From contig CAVSHR010000005.1 in the NCBI GenBank assembly GCA_963727625.1, positions 768,001-832,000 on the forward strand: a stretch of 64,000 nt of DNA, read 5' to 3'. The notes beneath the pieces were generated by a model. That model made no database searches. It saw only the letters and a program-made list of their open reading frames with translations, and was not told where the DNA came from. Numbering within the stretch: position 1 is the first letter of the stretch; every line of letters begins with the position of its first letter. This DNA comes from an uncultured delta proteobacterium. Lineage in GTDB: Bacteria > Desulfobacterota > Binatia > UBA9968. A program made the translations under genes and the position numbers. Positions 1-9,662 of the stretch are shown here, one piece after another.

Positions 1-495
1 AGCGGACCCGCCACAGGCTATACGAAGCTCAGCTTGGATGGTCACTGCACACCCGAACAATTGCGTACATCGTCAGCGGGCGAAGCCGGTTGCAAAACTG
101 ATCGCGATCTATCCTCTGAAGACGTAATTCGGAACAGTTCCCGAACTATTTCCGCAAAAGGGGACTTTGCAGCACTTCAGACCAATGAATTGAGCGCTTT
201 GGCGGACGTACTCGTCATATTCACCACCGGACGAGGGACATCAATGCTATGGTGGCGGCAACAGAAGTCATCCGCGACTCCAGCTCCCTGCGCTGGAGCG
301 CCGAAAAGCGTCAAGCTTCGCCGGTCAAACGCCGTAATGGGGGATTTTTGGAAATTGATCGCGCCTAGCCCCGTGCTTAGAGCAAACTCGCCAATATATT
401 TGCTGGTGAAATTTCGATCGCCGTTGTTTCAACCTCTACGGGTCAAATTCCCCGAAGCTTGCAACGGGGTAGTTCATCAGCCTCCAAGTTTGTTT

Positions 496-680
496 AGCTG
501 CCACTGGTTCAAGTTATTTCAACCCGGCACGAGATAAGTTCGTGTCGATGAAGAGCAACGCGAACACCGGCGCATTGCGGTGAATTGACCCGTCGAACTG
601 GCGCAAAATAGAACCCATCGTGAGGCGGCGGTTATCGATATCCCCATTGCCGGATGCACGGTCCGCACCACCGTGCGGCG
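496..680 (+). pseudogene. Degraded PilZ-domain protein remnant
   Basis: Frame +1 reads SCHWFKLFQPGTR*VRVDEEQREHRRIAVN*PVELAQNRTHREAAVIDIPIAGCTVRT. It has the PilZ RxxxR motif and a decayed DxSxxG motif (DIPIAG), with in-frame stops TAA 535-537 and TGA 586-588. Confidence 0.45.
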
Positions 681-829
681 TAACCGAGCCAACTGGGAAC
701 CTTCACCAATCCGCCAATTCGAACACAGATTACGAGCTTGACCTTTTGACAACACCGCCAGTCGATTTTCACGGCTAGCTGCCTTTACCGGGGTCGGCCG
801 ACATGCTAGCTAATTGGTTTTCGACAAGA

Positions 830-924
830 GGAGAAGGAAGGTGCCCGGTGGTGCCGCTGGTCTTCAAAACCAGTCTGGGGGTCGTAAGGTCCCCGGAGGG
901 TTCGACTCCCTCCCTTCTCCGCCA
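830..924 (+). tRNA. selC: tRNA-Sec (anticodon UCA)
   Basis: 95 nt. 8-bp acceptor stem GGAGAAGG/CCTTCTCC followed by G-CCA. Anticodon arm CTGGT-CT[TCA]AA-ACCAG (TCA at 864-866). Long variable arm GGGGGTC..GGTCCCC. T-arm GGAGGGTTCGACTCCCTCC region. Confidence 0.96.
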
Positions 925-1029
925 TTCCCCCACCAAGGCAGCACAGATCACCATGGGAAACGCGTGGCTGCGCTGACCGAAGTGCCTATTGTGAAATAAT
1001 CAGGTTGGTTTTCTTGGCCTGGCTAAGAG

Positions 1030-1335
1030 TCATTTGATCACCGCTTCGAGCCAGTCACGGCTCAGCGGATCTGCCATCGTCAGCGTCAGAAGGATCAGCA
1101 GCCAGAAGAAACCCGCGCCAGCGAAGACCCAGGTCAGGCGGCTGCTGTAACGAACATGCATAAAAAATAGAATCACCAACAGCGCCTTGACAATCGCAAT
1201 CGTCAGGGCGGCGATGGTGTTCAGTTCTCCGCCGAGATCGACGAAGGCGACGCCGGCGGTGGCCAGAGTAAGCAGCAGCAATGCACCGAAGATTGTCGCG
1301 TAGAGTTTAATCGAAACGATATGCTGGGAATTCAT
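1030..1335 (-). CDS. ctaF: Cytochrome c oxidase subunit IV (caa3 type)
   Basis: Start moved to [10 protein letters not shown] (ATG 1335, overlapping the upstream stop). Three TM helices and the KALLVILFFMHVRY motif. Confidence 0.9.
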   Translation of the reverse strand: MNSQHIVSIKLYATIFGALLLLTLATAGVAFVDLGGELNTIAALTIAIVKALLVILFFMHVRYSSRLTWVFAGAGFFWLLILLTLTMADPLSRDWLEAVIK

Positions 1336-1982
1336 CCGAAATGCCTTCCGACCAGATACAGCAGAGGAAAAAGGAAAATCCACACGATATCGACGAAATG
1401 CCAGTATAAACCGACCAGCTCGACGGGCGTATAATAACTGGGTGAAAAGCGCCCACGCGCGGTCTTGACGATCAGACTGGCGAGCAGACCGACGCCGATG
1501 ATCATGTGCAGCGCATGCATCCCGGTCATGGCAAAATAAAACGAGAAAAAGATTTCCGCTCCGCCCGCGACCGAGCCCTTGTAGGCAAAAGCGCTGCCCG
1601 GCACCAGATGCTCGACGAATTTGGCGTGATACTCGGTAAACTTTATTCCTAGAAACGCCGTGCCGAGAATGATCGTCAAGAGTAAAAAGATCATCACCGG
1701 CTTGCGCTGGCCGAGCTGCGCGGCACGCACCGCCAGGGCCATGGTGAAGCTGCTGCAAATCAGCACCGCGGTGTTGACGGTTCCCAGCCAGACATCCAGA
1801 TGATTGCTCGCGCCGGCAAAAGCTTGCGGGTAAGAGGTACGATAGATCGTGTATCCCAAAAACATCCCGCCGAAGAACATCACTTCGGTCGCCAAAAAGA
1901 CCCACATGCCGAGCCACGAAGCCTCGTGCTGTTGTCGGATATCGTCGAAATGGTGCGCATGAGACGCGGCGGTATCAGACAT
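1332..1982 (-). CDS. ctaE: Cytochrome c oxidase subunit III
   Basis: Start [12 protein letters not shown]. Motifs [23 protein letters not shown] and [19 protein letters not shown]. Confidence 0.95.
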   Translation of the reverse strand: MSDTAASHAHHFDDIRQQHEASWLGMWVFLATEVMFFGGMFLGYTIYRTSYPQAFAGASNHLDVWLGTVNTAVLICSSFTMALAVRAAQLGQRKPVMIFLLLTIILGTAFLGIKFTEYHAKFVEHLVPGSAFAYKGSVAGGAEIFFSFYFAMTGMHALHMIIGVGLLASLIVKTARGRFSPSYYTPVELVGLYWHFVDIVWIFLFPLLYLVGRHFG

Positions 1983-3618
1983 CTGCCGGCCTCCCCGATG
2001 GATAGATGATTTCGGGTTCCACGGTTTCATAGGCATAGGCGTCCTGTACGACCGTGGGCGTGATATCGAAGTTGCCCGTCGGCGGCGGTGAAGGCGTCTG
2101 CCATTCCAAACCGCGCGCTTTCCAAGGGTTCGCTCCGGCGATCGCGCCGTAGCGCAACGACCAGACGAGATAAACCAGGGGCAGCACATAACCCACCGCA
2201 AGGATCGATGCACCGGCAGTCGACATCACGTTGAGCACCTGAAACTCCGGCGGATAGACGTGATAGCGGCGCGGCATGCCGAGATAACCGAGCACGAACT
2301 GCGGAAAAAAAGTCAGGTGGAATCCGAGAAAAATGATCACGGCAGCCAGCCGCGCCAAAGTTTCCGGGTATTTTCTTCCGGTCATTTTCGGCCACCAAAA
2401 ATGGATGCCGCCGAGATACGCCATGACCGCACTGCCGACCATGATGTAATGAAAGTGCGCGATCACAAAGTAGGTGTCGTGAACGTGGACATCAACTCCC
2501 AAGGTCGCCAGAAACAAGCCCGTCAAACCGCCGATCGTAAACAGTCCGATGAAGCCCAGGGCGTAAAGCATCGGCGCGTCAAAGGAGATCGAGCCTTTGT
2601 AGAGCGTCGCCGTCCAGTTGAATACTTTTACGGCCGAAGGGATCGCCACCAGCATGCTCAAAAGAGAGAAAATCATACTGGCATAGACCGACTGCCCGCT
2701 GACGAACATGTGGTGCCCCCAGACGAGAAAGCCGAGCACGGCGATCGCCAGGCTGGAGAAGGCGATGAAGTCGTAGCCGAAAATCCGTTTGCGTGAAAAG
2801 CAGGTGATCAACTCGCTGATCACGCCCATGCCGGGCAGGATCATGATGTACACCGCCGGATGGGAATAAAACCAGAAGAGATGTTGGAACAAGAGCGGAT
2901 CACCGCCAACCTCGGGATTGAATATACCCAGGTGAAACAAACGCTCCAACGCTACAAGCACAAGCGTGATCGCAATCACCGGAGTGCCCAGGATAAATAT
3001 GATGCTGGTGGCGTAGTGCGCCCATACGAATAACGGCATGCGAAACCAGGTCATGCCCGGCGCGCGCATGGTGTGAATCGTCACGATGAAGTTGAGACCT
3101 GTAAGAATCGACGAAAAACCGGTGATGAATATACCGACGACCGTCAAGGCGACATGGGTATTGGAATAGATGCTGCTGTACGGCGTATAAAAAGTCCAGC
3201 CGGTGTCCACGCCGCCGGCTGCTGCCGCGCTGAGGGTAAACAGTCCGCCCAGAATGTAAATATACCAGCTCGCCAAATTGAGACGCGGGAACGCCAAATC
3301 TCGCGCGCCGATCATCATCGGGATCAGAAAGTTGCCCAACACCGCGGGAATCGACGGTATGAGAAAAAAGAAAATCATCGTGACGCCGTGCATGGTGAAT
3401 AACTTGTTATAAGTTTCCGCCTGCACTAGGTCGCCCTGCGGCGTCAATAATTCCAAACGAATCAACGTGGCAAACAGTCCGCCGACGAAGAAGAAAAAAG
3501 TCACGGAAACTAAATACAGCCAGGCGATGCGCTTGTGGTCCGTCGTGAACAGCCACGACTTGAGACCGTAGTTGACATTCAAATAATGCTGCCGGGGTTC
3601 CTCGGTGACTTCACTCAT
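1975..3618 (-). CDS. ctaD: Cytochrome c oxidase subunit I, A2-type heme-copper oxidase
   Basis: Motifs [28 protein letters not shown] (YSHPxVY is the A2 signature), VWGHHMF and AHFHY. Confidence 0.98.
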   Translation of the reverse strand: MSEVTEEPRQHYLNVNYGLKSWLFTTDHKRIAWLYLVSVTFFFFVGGLFATLIRLELLTPQGDLVQAETYNKLFTMHGVTMIFFFLIPSIPAVLGNFLIPMMIGARDLAFPRLNLASWYIYILGGLFTLSAAAAGGVDTGWTFYTPYSSIYSNTHVALTVVGIFITGFSSILTGLNFIVTIHTMRAPGMTWFRMPLFVWAHYATSIIFILGTPVIAITLVLVALERLFHLGIFNPEVGGDPLLFQHLFWFYSHPAVYIMILPGMGVISELITCFSRKRIFGYDFIAFSSLAIAVLGFLVWGHHMFVSGQSVYASMIFSLLSMLVAIPSAVKVFNWTATLYKGSISFDAPMLYALGFIGLFTIGGLTGLFLATLGVDVHVHDTYFVIAHFHYIMVGSAVMAYLGGIHFWWPKMTGRKYPETLARLAAVIIFLGFHLTFFPQFVLGYLGMPRRYHVYPPEFQVLNVMSTAGASILAVGYVLPLVYLVWSLRYGAIAGANPWKARGLEWQTPSPPPTGNFDITPTVVQDAYAYETVEPEIIYPSGRPADV

Positions 3619-4571
3619 TTCTTTCCCTGCGCCCCTTCTTCCCGTTTGAGCGATTTGAGATAGGCAAGTATTTGCATTAGGCCGTCTTCACTGATCTGGC
3701 CCTTGAAGGTCGGCATGATCGGTTTGTACCCAGCCACCACCTTGGCCTGCGGATTCAGGACGGATTCGCGGACGTAGGTTTCGTCTGCAGCCACCGAACC
3801 GCCGCCCTGCAGTTGCACTTTTTTGCCGATTAAACCGACCAGCGACGGCCCGCGGCCCGTGTCATTTGGCAGGTGGCAGGTCACGCAACCCAGTCTTTGA
3901 AAGAGTTTTTCACCTGCGCTCGCCATCGACACCCCCGCGGTCCCGCCGCTCAGCCAAACCTGAAATTCAGTCGGCTCCATGACGATGATCCGGCCCACCA
4001 TGCCGGAATGCTGCGTGCCGCAATACTGCGCGCAAAATAATTGATACGAACCCGGTTTAGTCGCTTCGAACCAAAGCGTCGTGTAGCGTCCCGGCAGCAC
4101 ATCCTTTTTCACCCGGAAGGCCGGAACAAAAAAATCATGGATGACGTCTTGCGAGGTCATCACCAGCTTGATCGGCCGCCCTGCGGGAATATGCAATTCG
4201 TCGATCTCCGACTGTCCCTCAGGATGCTGCACCTTCCACATCCATTGTTTGGCGACGACGGTAATCTCCAGCGCGTCGCTGGGCGGATAATAAGTCACAA
4301 AATACAGCCTGGCACCCCAGACAAAAATAACCATGGTCAATGCGAGCGGAATCGTCGTCCACAAAATTTCCAGGTACAGATTGCCCGGAATCGCTCGCGG
4401 CCGGTCGTCTTCGTTGCGGCGCCGGTACTTGATCGCGAATACGACGATCAAGACAAAAATCAAGGTTGCAAAGAGCGCGCTGACGGCGACGAGGAAATAG
4501 AATAGATCGTCAACGCGCCCGGCCATAGTCGAGGCCTGCTCTGGGAACAGGGGAAAGCCCAAGGTGGACAT
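3615..4571 (-). CDS. ctaC: Cytochrome c oxidase subunit II with C-terminal cytochrome c (caa3)
   Basis: Start [14 protein letters not shown]. CuA motifs DVIH and [13 protein letters not shown]-terminal CVTCH heme motif. Confidence 0.95.
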   Translation of the reverse strand: MSTLGFPLFPEQASTMAGRVDDLFYFLVAVSALFATLIFVLIVVFAIKYRRRNEDDRPRAIPGNLYLEILWTTIPLALTMVIFVWGARLYFVTYYPPSDALEITVVAKQWMWKVQHPEGQSEIDELHIPAGRPIKLVMTSQDVIHDFFVPAFRVKKDVLPGRYTTLWFEATKPGSYQLFCAQYCGTQHSGMVGRIIVMEPTEFQVWLSGGTAGVSMASAGEKLFQRLGCVTCHLPNDTGRGPSLVGLIGKKVQLQGGGSVAADETYVRESVLNPQAKVVAGYKPIMPTFKGQISEDGLMQILAYLKSLKREEGAQGKK

Positions 4572-4576
4572 GACGG

Positions 4577-5419
4577 CTATGTCGCTCCCCCGCCCGTGGA
4601 TGCATGGGACCGCTCGCGCCGCAGCATCACGAAAACGAATCCGCCCAGAAGCAAAACTGTGAAGCCGCCGGCGAGCTTGATCACGTTTGTGATCAAGAGC
4701 CCGTATTTTCCGGTGACCGGATCGTAGTGATAACAAAACAGCAGGAGCTGGTCGATCGGCGAGCCGATTTTATCCGCGGCAGCTTCGATCAGCCCCAAGC
4801 GCAGATCGCGCGGTGAAAATTCGATGCCGTAATAATAGCGCGAGGTTTTTCCCGCAGGCGTGATCAGCACGATTCCCGTGGCGTGGCCGAACTCTCCGGT
4901 TTGAGGATCATAATGGTAACGAAAACCAACCGCGCGTGTGAGTTTTTCGATGGCCGCTTCGTCGCCGGTCAGGAAATGCCATCCAGTCTCCGCCCCGGGC
5001 CTGGCGTAGCGTTGGACAAAATCCCGCTTTTTCGCAGCCGCCAGCGTGGCGTCATCGTGCGGATCGAAACTTACGGTCAATACCGTGAACTGGTTTCCGA
5101 TCTCGAAGGAGAGCGCCCGCAGGGTTCGTACCATCCCGTCCAGAAGCAACGGGCAAAGATCCCGGCACTTGTAATAGACAAAGTTAAGGATGACGGGTTT
5201 TCGCCCGAAGTATCGGCTAAGCACGACGCTTTTTCCGGTTTCATCGCGGAACGTGAGACCGAGCGGGATTTGCTGGTTTAGCTTCTGGTCAAAGGCGACG
5301 TCGCGCAGCGCCGCCGGCCGGCTGTTGTCATGCGCGCCAGCCACACCCACAATCCCCATAACGAAGACCAACGACATCCCGGCAGCTCGCAACCAATTTC
5401 CAAGCTTGATCCGCGTCAA
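4577..5419 (-). CDS. SCO1/SenC family copper chaperone
   Basis: YYKCRDLCP (CxxxCP) motif, GHATG His and a C-terminal TM helix. Probable TTG start at 5419 after GAGG. Sits between the act and cta genes. Confidence 0.88.
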   Translation of the reverse strand: MTRIKLGNWLRAAGMSLVFVMGIVGVAGAHDNSRPAALRDVAFDQKLNQQIPLGLTFRDETGKSVVLSRYFGRKPVILNFVYYKCRDLCPLLLDGMVRTLRALSFEIGNQFTVLTVSFDPHDDATLAAAKKRDFVQRYARPGAETGWHFLTGDEAAIEKLTRAVGFRYHYDPQTGEFGHATGIVLITPAGKTSRYYYGIEFSPRDLRLGLIEAAADKIGSPIDQLLLFCYHYDPVTGKYGLLITNVIKLAGGFTVLLLGGFVFVMLRRERSHASTGGGAT

Positions 5420-5471
5420 ACCCTCGGGCGCCGCCGTGGGTTTAGAGCTCCATGCGCGGACTCGCTCATGC

Positions 5472-5930
5472 TTAATTTGCTTTAACGTTTCTTTGCCCCT
5501 TTCGCCGCGGCGGTCGTTTTTCTGCATCCGGCCCGTTGTTCTTAGCAGTCCTCGCCGGAAGTCCCCTCTGAGCGACAATCGCGATCGCGCGCTCAATCGG
5601 GATTCGAACGATCCCCTTGTCTCGATCGACCCAGTCGTAGTTATTCAGAATCCTGCTTTCCTCCGCTCGCACAGCCTTCAATTCATTGCCTGGCTTGACC
5701 AACAAATGAGGCTCCGGCGTCGGCTCTCGGTTATAGGACAGCGGGCTCGGCAGCGGCCGGGCTCGCGTGACGCCGGTGTATAAAAAATCGAACAAGGCGT
5801 AGCTAGCCAACAGCGTGGCGCCAATGACCACCGCTAAGGTCGCGCCGAACAACGCGATGTTGCGGGGGTTCAAATCGCTCAGCTCGTGGCCGGCACCCGT
5901 GCTATTTGCCGGATTTTTACGCTCAGCCAT
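5472..5930 (-). CDS. actG: Alternative complex III subunit G-like protein
   Basis: One TM helix, then PEPHL and YDWVDRDKGIVRIPIERAI. Position directly after actF. Confidence 0.75.
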   Translation of the reverse strand: MAERKNPANSTGAGHELSDLNPRNIALFGATLAVVIGATLLASYALFDFLYTGVTRARPLPSPLSYNREPTPEPHLLVKPGNELKAVRAEESRILNNYDWVDRDKGIVRIPIERAIAIVAQRGLPARTAKNNGPDAEKRPPRRKGQRNVKAN

Positions 5931-7116
5931 TTTGCGCCAATCCATGCTCCTCGACGATGGCGATAAATCGCGGGTCGCGGTACGGCAGTAAGGGCCGCTT
6001 TTTTAATTCCGACAAGAACGCAAACAGCCAAACGCCGCCGATGCCGATCGGAGCCAGAAACATCGTCCAATGAATCGCAAAACCGTCGGGATGAAACGTC
6101 GGCGCGACGAACCAGAACAGCTCGATCTGATGCATGAGCGCGATGCCAATGGCGACGGCGCATAACATCGCCGCTCTACGCTTCACAGTGCGCGACAGCA
6201 GCAAAATAAACGGCAGGGCAAATTGCAGCGCGATCAGCGCCATGGCGACCACCGCCCAGCCGCCGCTCATCCGATGAAGATACCAAGGAATTTCATGTTG
6301 GAGATTTTCTACCCAAACAAGCAAAAACTGTGAGAAAGACAGGTACGCCCATAACATCACGAAGGCCAAGAGCAGATTGCCCAGATCGTTAAAGACCCAG
6401 GGCGCGATGACACTCGAGAGCGGCTCGCGGCGCGAGAGAAAATAACTGACGCAGATTACGAAGGTCAAAGCCACCAGGCCGTGGCTGACCATGAAGATCA
6501 TGCCGAAAATCGTCGAATACCAGCGCGGCTCGATCGACATCAGCCAATCGATGGCGGAAAACGTCACGGTCAAACCGTAAAGGATCAGCCCGGGCCCGCT
6601 CAGCGTCTGCAGCCGCTGGGTCAGCGCGGGGTCGGCGCTGCGATCCTGTTGTTTCGACCAGCGGGCGAATAGAAACCCCAAAACAATCCATACGGCGAAA
6701 TAAATGACCGAGCGCGCGATAAAGGCTGGAACGTTAAGATAGGCGGCTTTTTGCTGGAGGATCGGATCGTGTGCGACCACTCCCGGCTGCGCCCACAAAA
6801 ACAGCTCCGGCAAACCGAACAGAATCGGCAGGAAGAGCAACGCCATAATCGGAAAGGTCCGGATCGACGACTCGAGAGCGCGTTGGATGACAAATCCCCA
6901 GGTTCCGCCAACCAGGTGATGGATCATCAAGATGCCCAGACAACCGAGCGGGACCCCGAGCCAAAAGATATAGGCGGTGAGATAGGAGCGAAAAAATTGC
7001 TGCCGGTCAAAATACCCGCCGACCAAGCAAAGCAGCAGCGCCACGCCGCCGATGGCAATGGATATTCGCGATGCCGGATCCAGTTCCGTGGTGAGCTGCG
7101 TATCTAAACCGCTCAT
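5923..7116 (-). CDS. actF: Alternative complex III membrane subunit F
   Basis: Start MSGLDTQ (ATGA overlap with the actE stop). About 10 TM helices. Motifs DWLMSIEPRWYSTIFG and DLGNLLLAFVMLWAYLSFSQ. Confidence 0.9.
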   Translation of the reverse strand: MSGLDTQLTTELDPASRISIAIGGVALLLCLVGGYFDRQQFFRSYLTAYIFWLGVPLGCLGILMIHHLVGGTWGFVIQRALESSIRTFPIMALLFLPILFGLPELFLWAQPGVVAHDPILQQKAAYLNVPAFIARSVIYFAVWIVLGFLFARWSKQQDRSADPALTQRLQTLSGPGLILYGLTVTFSAIDWLMSIEPRWYSTIFGMIFMVSHGLVALTFVICVSYFLSRREPLSSVIAPWVFNDLGNLLLAFVMLWAYLSFSQFLLVWVENLQHEIPWYLHRMSGGWAVVAMALIALQFALPFILLLSRTVKRRAAMLCAVAIGIALMHQIELFWFVAPTFHPDGFAIHWTMFLAPIGIGGVWLFAFLSELKKRPLLPYRDPRFIAIVEEHGLAQNG

Positions 7117-7703
7117 GGTTTTTTCTCGAGGAGCGCACGACGTTCCGGCTCCGGCACGTCGCCGATTACTGCGTTTTGGCTCAACTGCAAGGCGCGGATG
7201 TAAGCCGCGATTGCCCACCTGTCGCGCGCTGAAATTTGCGCGGCATAATCCGGCATGGCGCCGAAACCATGTGACATGACGTCAAAGAAATGACCCGGCG
7301 GGGCGGCGCGCAAGCGCTCGATGTGCAACGACGGCGGCGGCCGATAGCCACGCCGCACGATCATCCCCTGCCCGCTGCCAACCCGATCATGACAAGGAGA
7401 ACAGAAAATGTCGAAACGTTCCCGGCCGCGCCGCAGGACTTCCCTATCGATTGGAAAAGGAAAAGTCTTCGCAGGCTCACCGCCGACCTTCCCGCTGTAA
7501 AGTTGCTCGTCGGCGTCGAGATGGCCGCGCGCGACCGTTCCTTCGACGAGCGGGCGCGAAGCGCGCTGATCGTCGAAGAATTGGCTCTTTTGCAGCGGTT
7601 CGTAGCGCGGCTGATCCGCCATTTTTTGCTGGCACCCGGTTAACCAAAAACAAGCCATTAGCAAACACCAACGCCGCAGTCTTCTTGATCGTTTTATTTT
7701 CAT
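7113..7703 (-). CDS. actE: Alternative complex III monoheme cytochrome c lipoprotein
   Basis: Lipobox LTGC, MADQPRYEP, a single CSPCH heme motif and GFGAMPDY. Confidence 0.92.
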   Translation of the reverse strand: MKIKRSRRLRRWCLLMACFWLTGCQQKMADQPRYEPLQKSQFFDDQRASRPLVEGTVARGHLDADEQLYSGKVGGEPAKTFPFPIDREVLRRGRERFDIFCSPCHDRVGSGQGMIVRRGYRPPPSLHIERLRAAPPGHFFDVMSHGFGAMPDYAAQISARDRWAIAAYIRALQLSQNAVIGDVPEPERRALLEKKP

Positions 7704-7708
7704 CGCCG

Positions 7709-8266
7709 TCAGGGATCGACTTCGTAGATGCCTTGCGCGCCCACGGTTTCGAAGAATTCTCGGATACCTTTCAAATCAAATTTGGGATCCTTCGCCTCAA
7801 CGCAGAGAAAAAACCGATTGCGGCTCGCCAGCTCAAAACGCTCGACGTTGAAGACCGGATGATAGGGCATCGGCAAGCCGTTCAGCGCCAGGACGCCGAA
7901 GAACGCCGCTAGCGCCGCCAGAAGAATCGTCACTTCAAAAGTGACCGGAATGAAAGAGGGCCAACTGTTCAACGGTCGTCCTCCCACGTTGATCGGATAA
8001 TTGATGACCGAAGCCCAATATTGCAGGAAGAATCCGCCGAGGCAGCCGAGGACCCCGCCGATCAGGACGATCAGCGGCACGCGCGAGCGATGGAAACCGA
8101 TCGCTTCGGCCAGCCCTTCGACCGGAAATGGGGAATAGGCGTCCATGCGGCGGAACCCCGTCGCGTAAGCGCGCCGCCCCGCTTCGAGCAGCGCTTCCGG
8201 GCTGTCGAACTCGGCCATGAGCCCGTAAATGGAAAACCTGTTGATCGAAGATCCTGGGTCAGCCAT
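7709..8266 (-). CDS. actD: Alternative complex III subunit D (DUF3341)
   Basis: Motifs GLMAEF, DAYSPFPVEGL and GGRPLNSWPSFIPVTFE. Two TM helices. Confidence 0.92.
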   Translation of the reverse strand: MADPGSSINRFSIYGLMAEFDSPEALLEAGRRAYATGFRRMDAYSPFPVEGLAEAIGFHRSRVPLIVLIGGVLGCLGGFFLQYWASVINYPINVGGRPLNSWPSFIPVTFEVTILLAALAAFFGVLALNGLPMPYHPVFNVERFELASRNRFFLCVEAKDPKFDLKGIREFFETVGAQGIYEVDP

Positions 8267-8275
8267 AAGTACGAT

Positions 8276-9658
8276 TTATTCGCTTTTCGCTTCTTCCTCG
8301 TGAACCAGCTCGCGCATCTCAAAAATCGAAATCATCGGCAGCAGGCGAATGAAAATAAACAACAGACAAACGAAAAGGCCAATCGAGCCCGCGAGCACCG
8401 CATAGTCCACGATCGTGCCCGAGTACATGCCCCACGCCGACGGCATAAAATCTCGGTGCAAGCTGGTTACGACGATGACGTAGCGCTCCAGCCACATGCC
8501 GATGTTGACCGAAATCGCGATCACAAAAAGGATAAAAACGTTAGTATGCAAGCGGCGAAACCAGAGCGCCTGCGGAATCAGAATGTTGAAGAGAACCAGC
8601 AGCCAATACATCCACCCGTAGGGACCGAACATACGGTTCATCATCATGTACTTTTCGAAAATATCGCCGCTGTACCAAGCCATGAAGGTTTCCATCAAAT
8701 AGCCGTAGGCAACGATCATCCCCGTGGCGAGCATGACGATGCCCATGTTTTTCAGATGGCGCAGGGTGATGAAGTCTTCGAGCCCGTAAAGCTTGCGCAA
8801 CGGGATGGCAATCGTCAGCACCATGGCGAAGCCGGAATAGATTGCACCGGCGACAAAATAAGGTGGAAAGATCGTCGAGTGCCACCCGGGCACGAGCGCC
8901 ACGGCAAAATCGAAACTGACAACGGTATGAACGGAAACCACCAGCGGCGTGGCCAGACCGGCCAACAGCAAATAGGCCATCTCGTAGCGATGCCAGTGGA
9001 TCGCCGAGCCGCGCCAGCCCATCGCCAACATGCCGTAGATAAAGCGCGGCACCCGGCTGCGTGTCCGATCCCGCAGCGTGGCGAGATCGGGAATGAGTCC
9101 CAAGAACCAAAAGAGCAGCGAAACGGTGAAGTAAGTGGAAACCGCAAAAACATCCCAGACCAACGGACTGCGAAACTGGGGTTGAATCGCCATGGTGCTC
9201 GGGTAAGGAAACAGCCAATAAGCAAACCACGGCCGGCCGAGATGGAGTATGGGGAATAATCCGGCGCAGGCGACGGCGAACAGCGTCATCGCTTCGGCGA
9301 AACGATTGATCGACTGGCGCCACTTCTGCCGCAGCAATAACAGGATCGCCGAGATCAACGTTCCCGCATGGCCGATGCCGATCCACCAGACAAAATTGAC
9401 GATGGCAAATCCCCAAGCCACCGGGATCATGATGCCGAACAGGCCAACGCCGACGGAAATGATCGCCGCGATACAAAAGAAAAGAACCAAAACCAGGACG
9501 AACGACAGCGCAAAACCGACGTACCAGAAGCGCGGTGTTCGGCGAGTCAGAACGATGGAGCTGATCTTGTCGGTAATCGATCCCAGGGTATGGCCGGGCT
9601 CGATGATCGGCAAAGAGCCGGCGGTGTTGGTCCTTTCACCCTGTTGGTCTGTGGCCAT
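8276..9658 (-). CDS. actC: Alternative complex III quinol-oxidising subunit C (NrfD/PsrC family)
   Basis: Motifs NFVWWIGIGHAGTLISAIL, INRFAEAMT, HLGRPW and FRSPLVWDVFAVSTY. Confidence 0.96.
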   Translation of the reverse strand: MATDQQGERTNTAGSLPIIEPGHTLGSITDKISSIVLTRRTPRFWYVGFALSFVLVLVLFFCIAAIISVGVGLFGIMIPVAWGFAIVNFVWWIGIGHAGTLISAILLLLRQKWRQSINRFAEAMTLFAVACAGLFPILHLGRPWFAYWLFPYPSTMAIQPQFRSPLVWDVFAVSTYFTVSLLFWFLGLIPDLATLRDRTRSRVPRFIYGMLAMGWRGSAIHWHRYEMAYLLLAGLATPLVVSVHTVVSFDFAVALVPGWHSTIFPPYFVAGAIYSGFAMVLTIAIPLRKLYGLEDFITLRHLKNMGIVMLATGMIVAYGYLMETFMAWYSGDIFEKYMMMNRMFGPYGWMYWLLVLFNILIPQALWFRRLHTNVFILFVIAISVNIGMWLERYVIVVTSLHRDFMPSAWGMYSGTIVDYAVLAGSIGLFVCLLFIFIRLLPMISIFEMRELVHEEEAKSE

Positions 9659-9662
9659 GGGT

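Noticed and set aside
34-537. 167-aa ORF at the window start
   Set aside because: No recognisable motifs, TTG start without an RBS and atypical composition. Only its last codons appear to belong to the PilZ remnant.
586-588. In-frame TGA near selC as a possible selenocysteine codon
   Set aside because: The same frame also has a TAA and a degraded motif, so pseudogene decay is the simpler explanation.
901-924. selC 3' end as the attachment site of an integrated element
   Set aside because: I noticed no duplicate of the tRNA 3' end and no integrase in the window; core respiratory genes follow directly.
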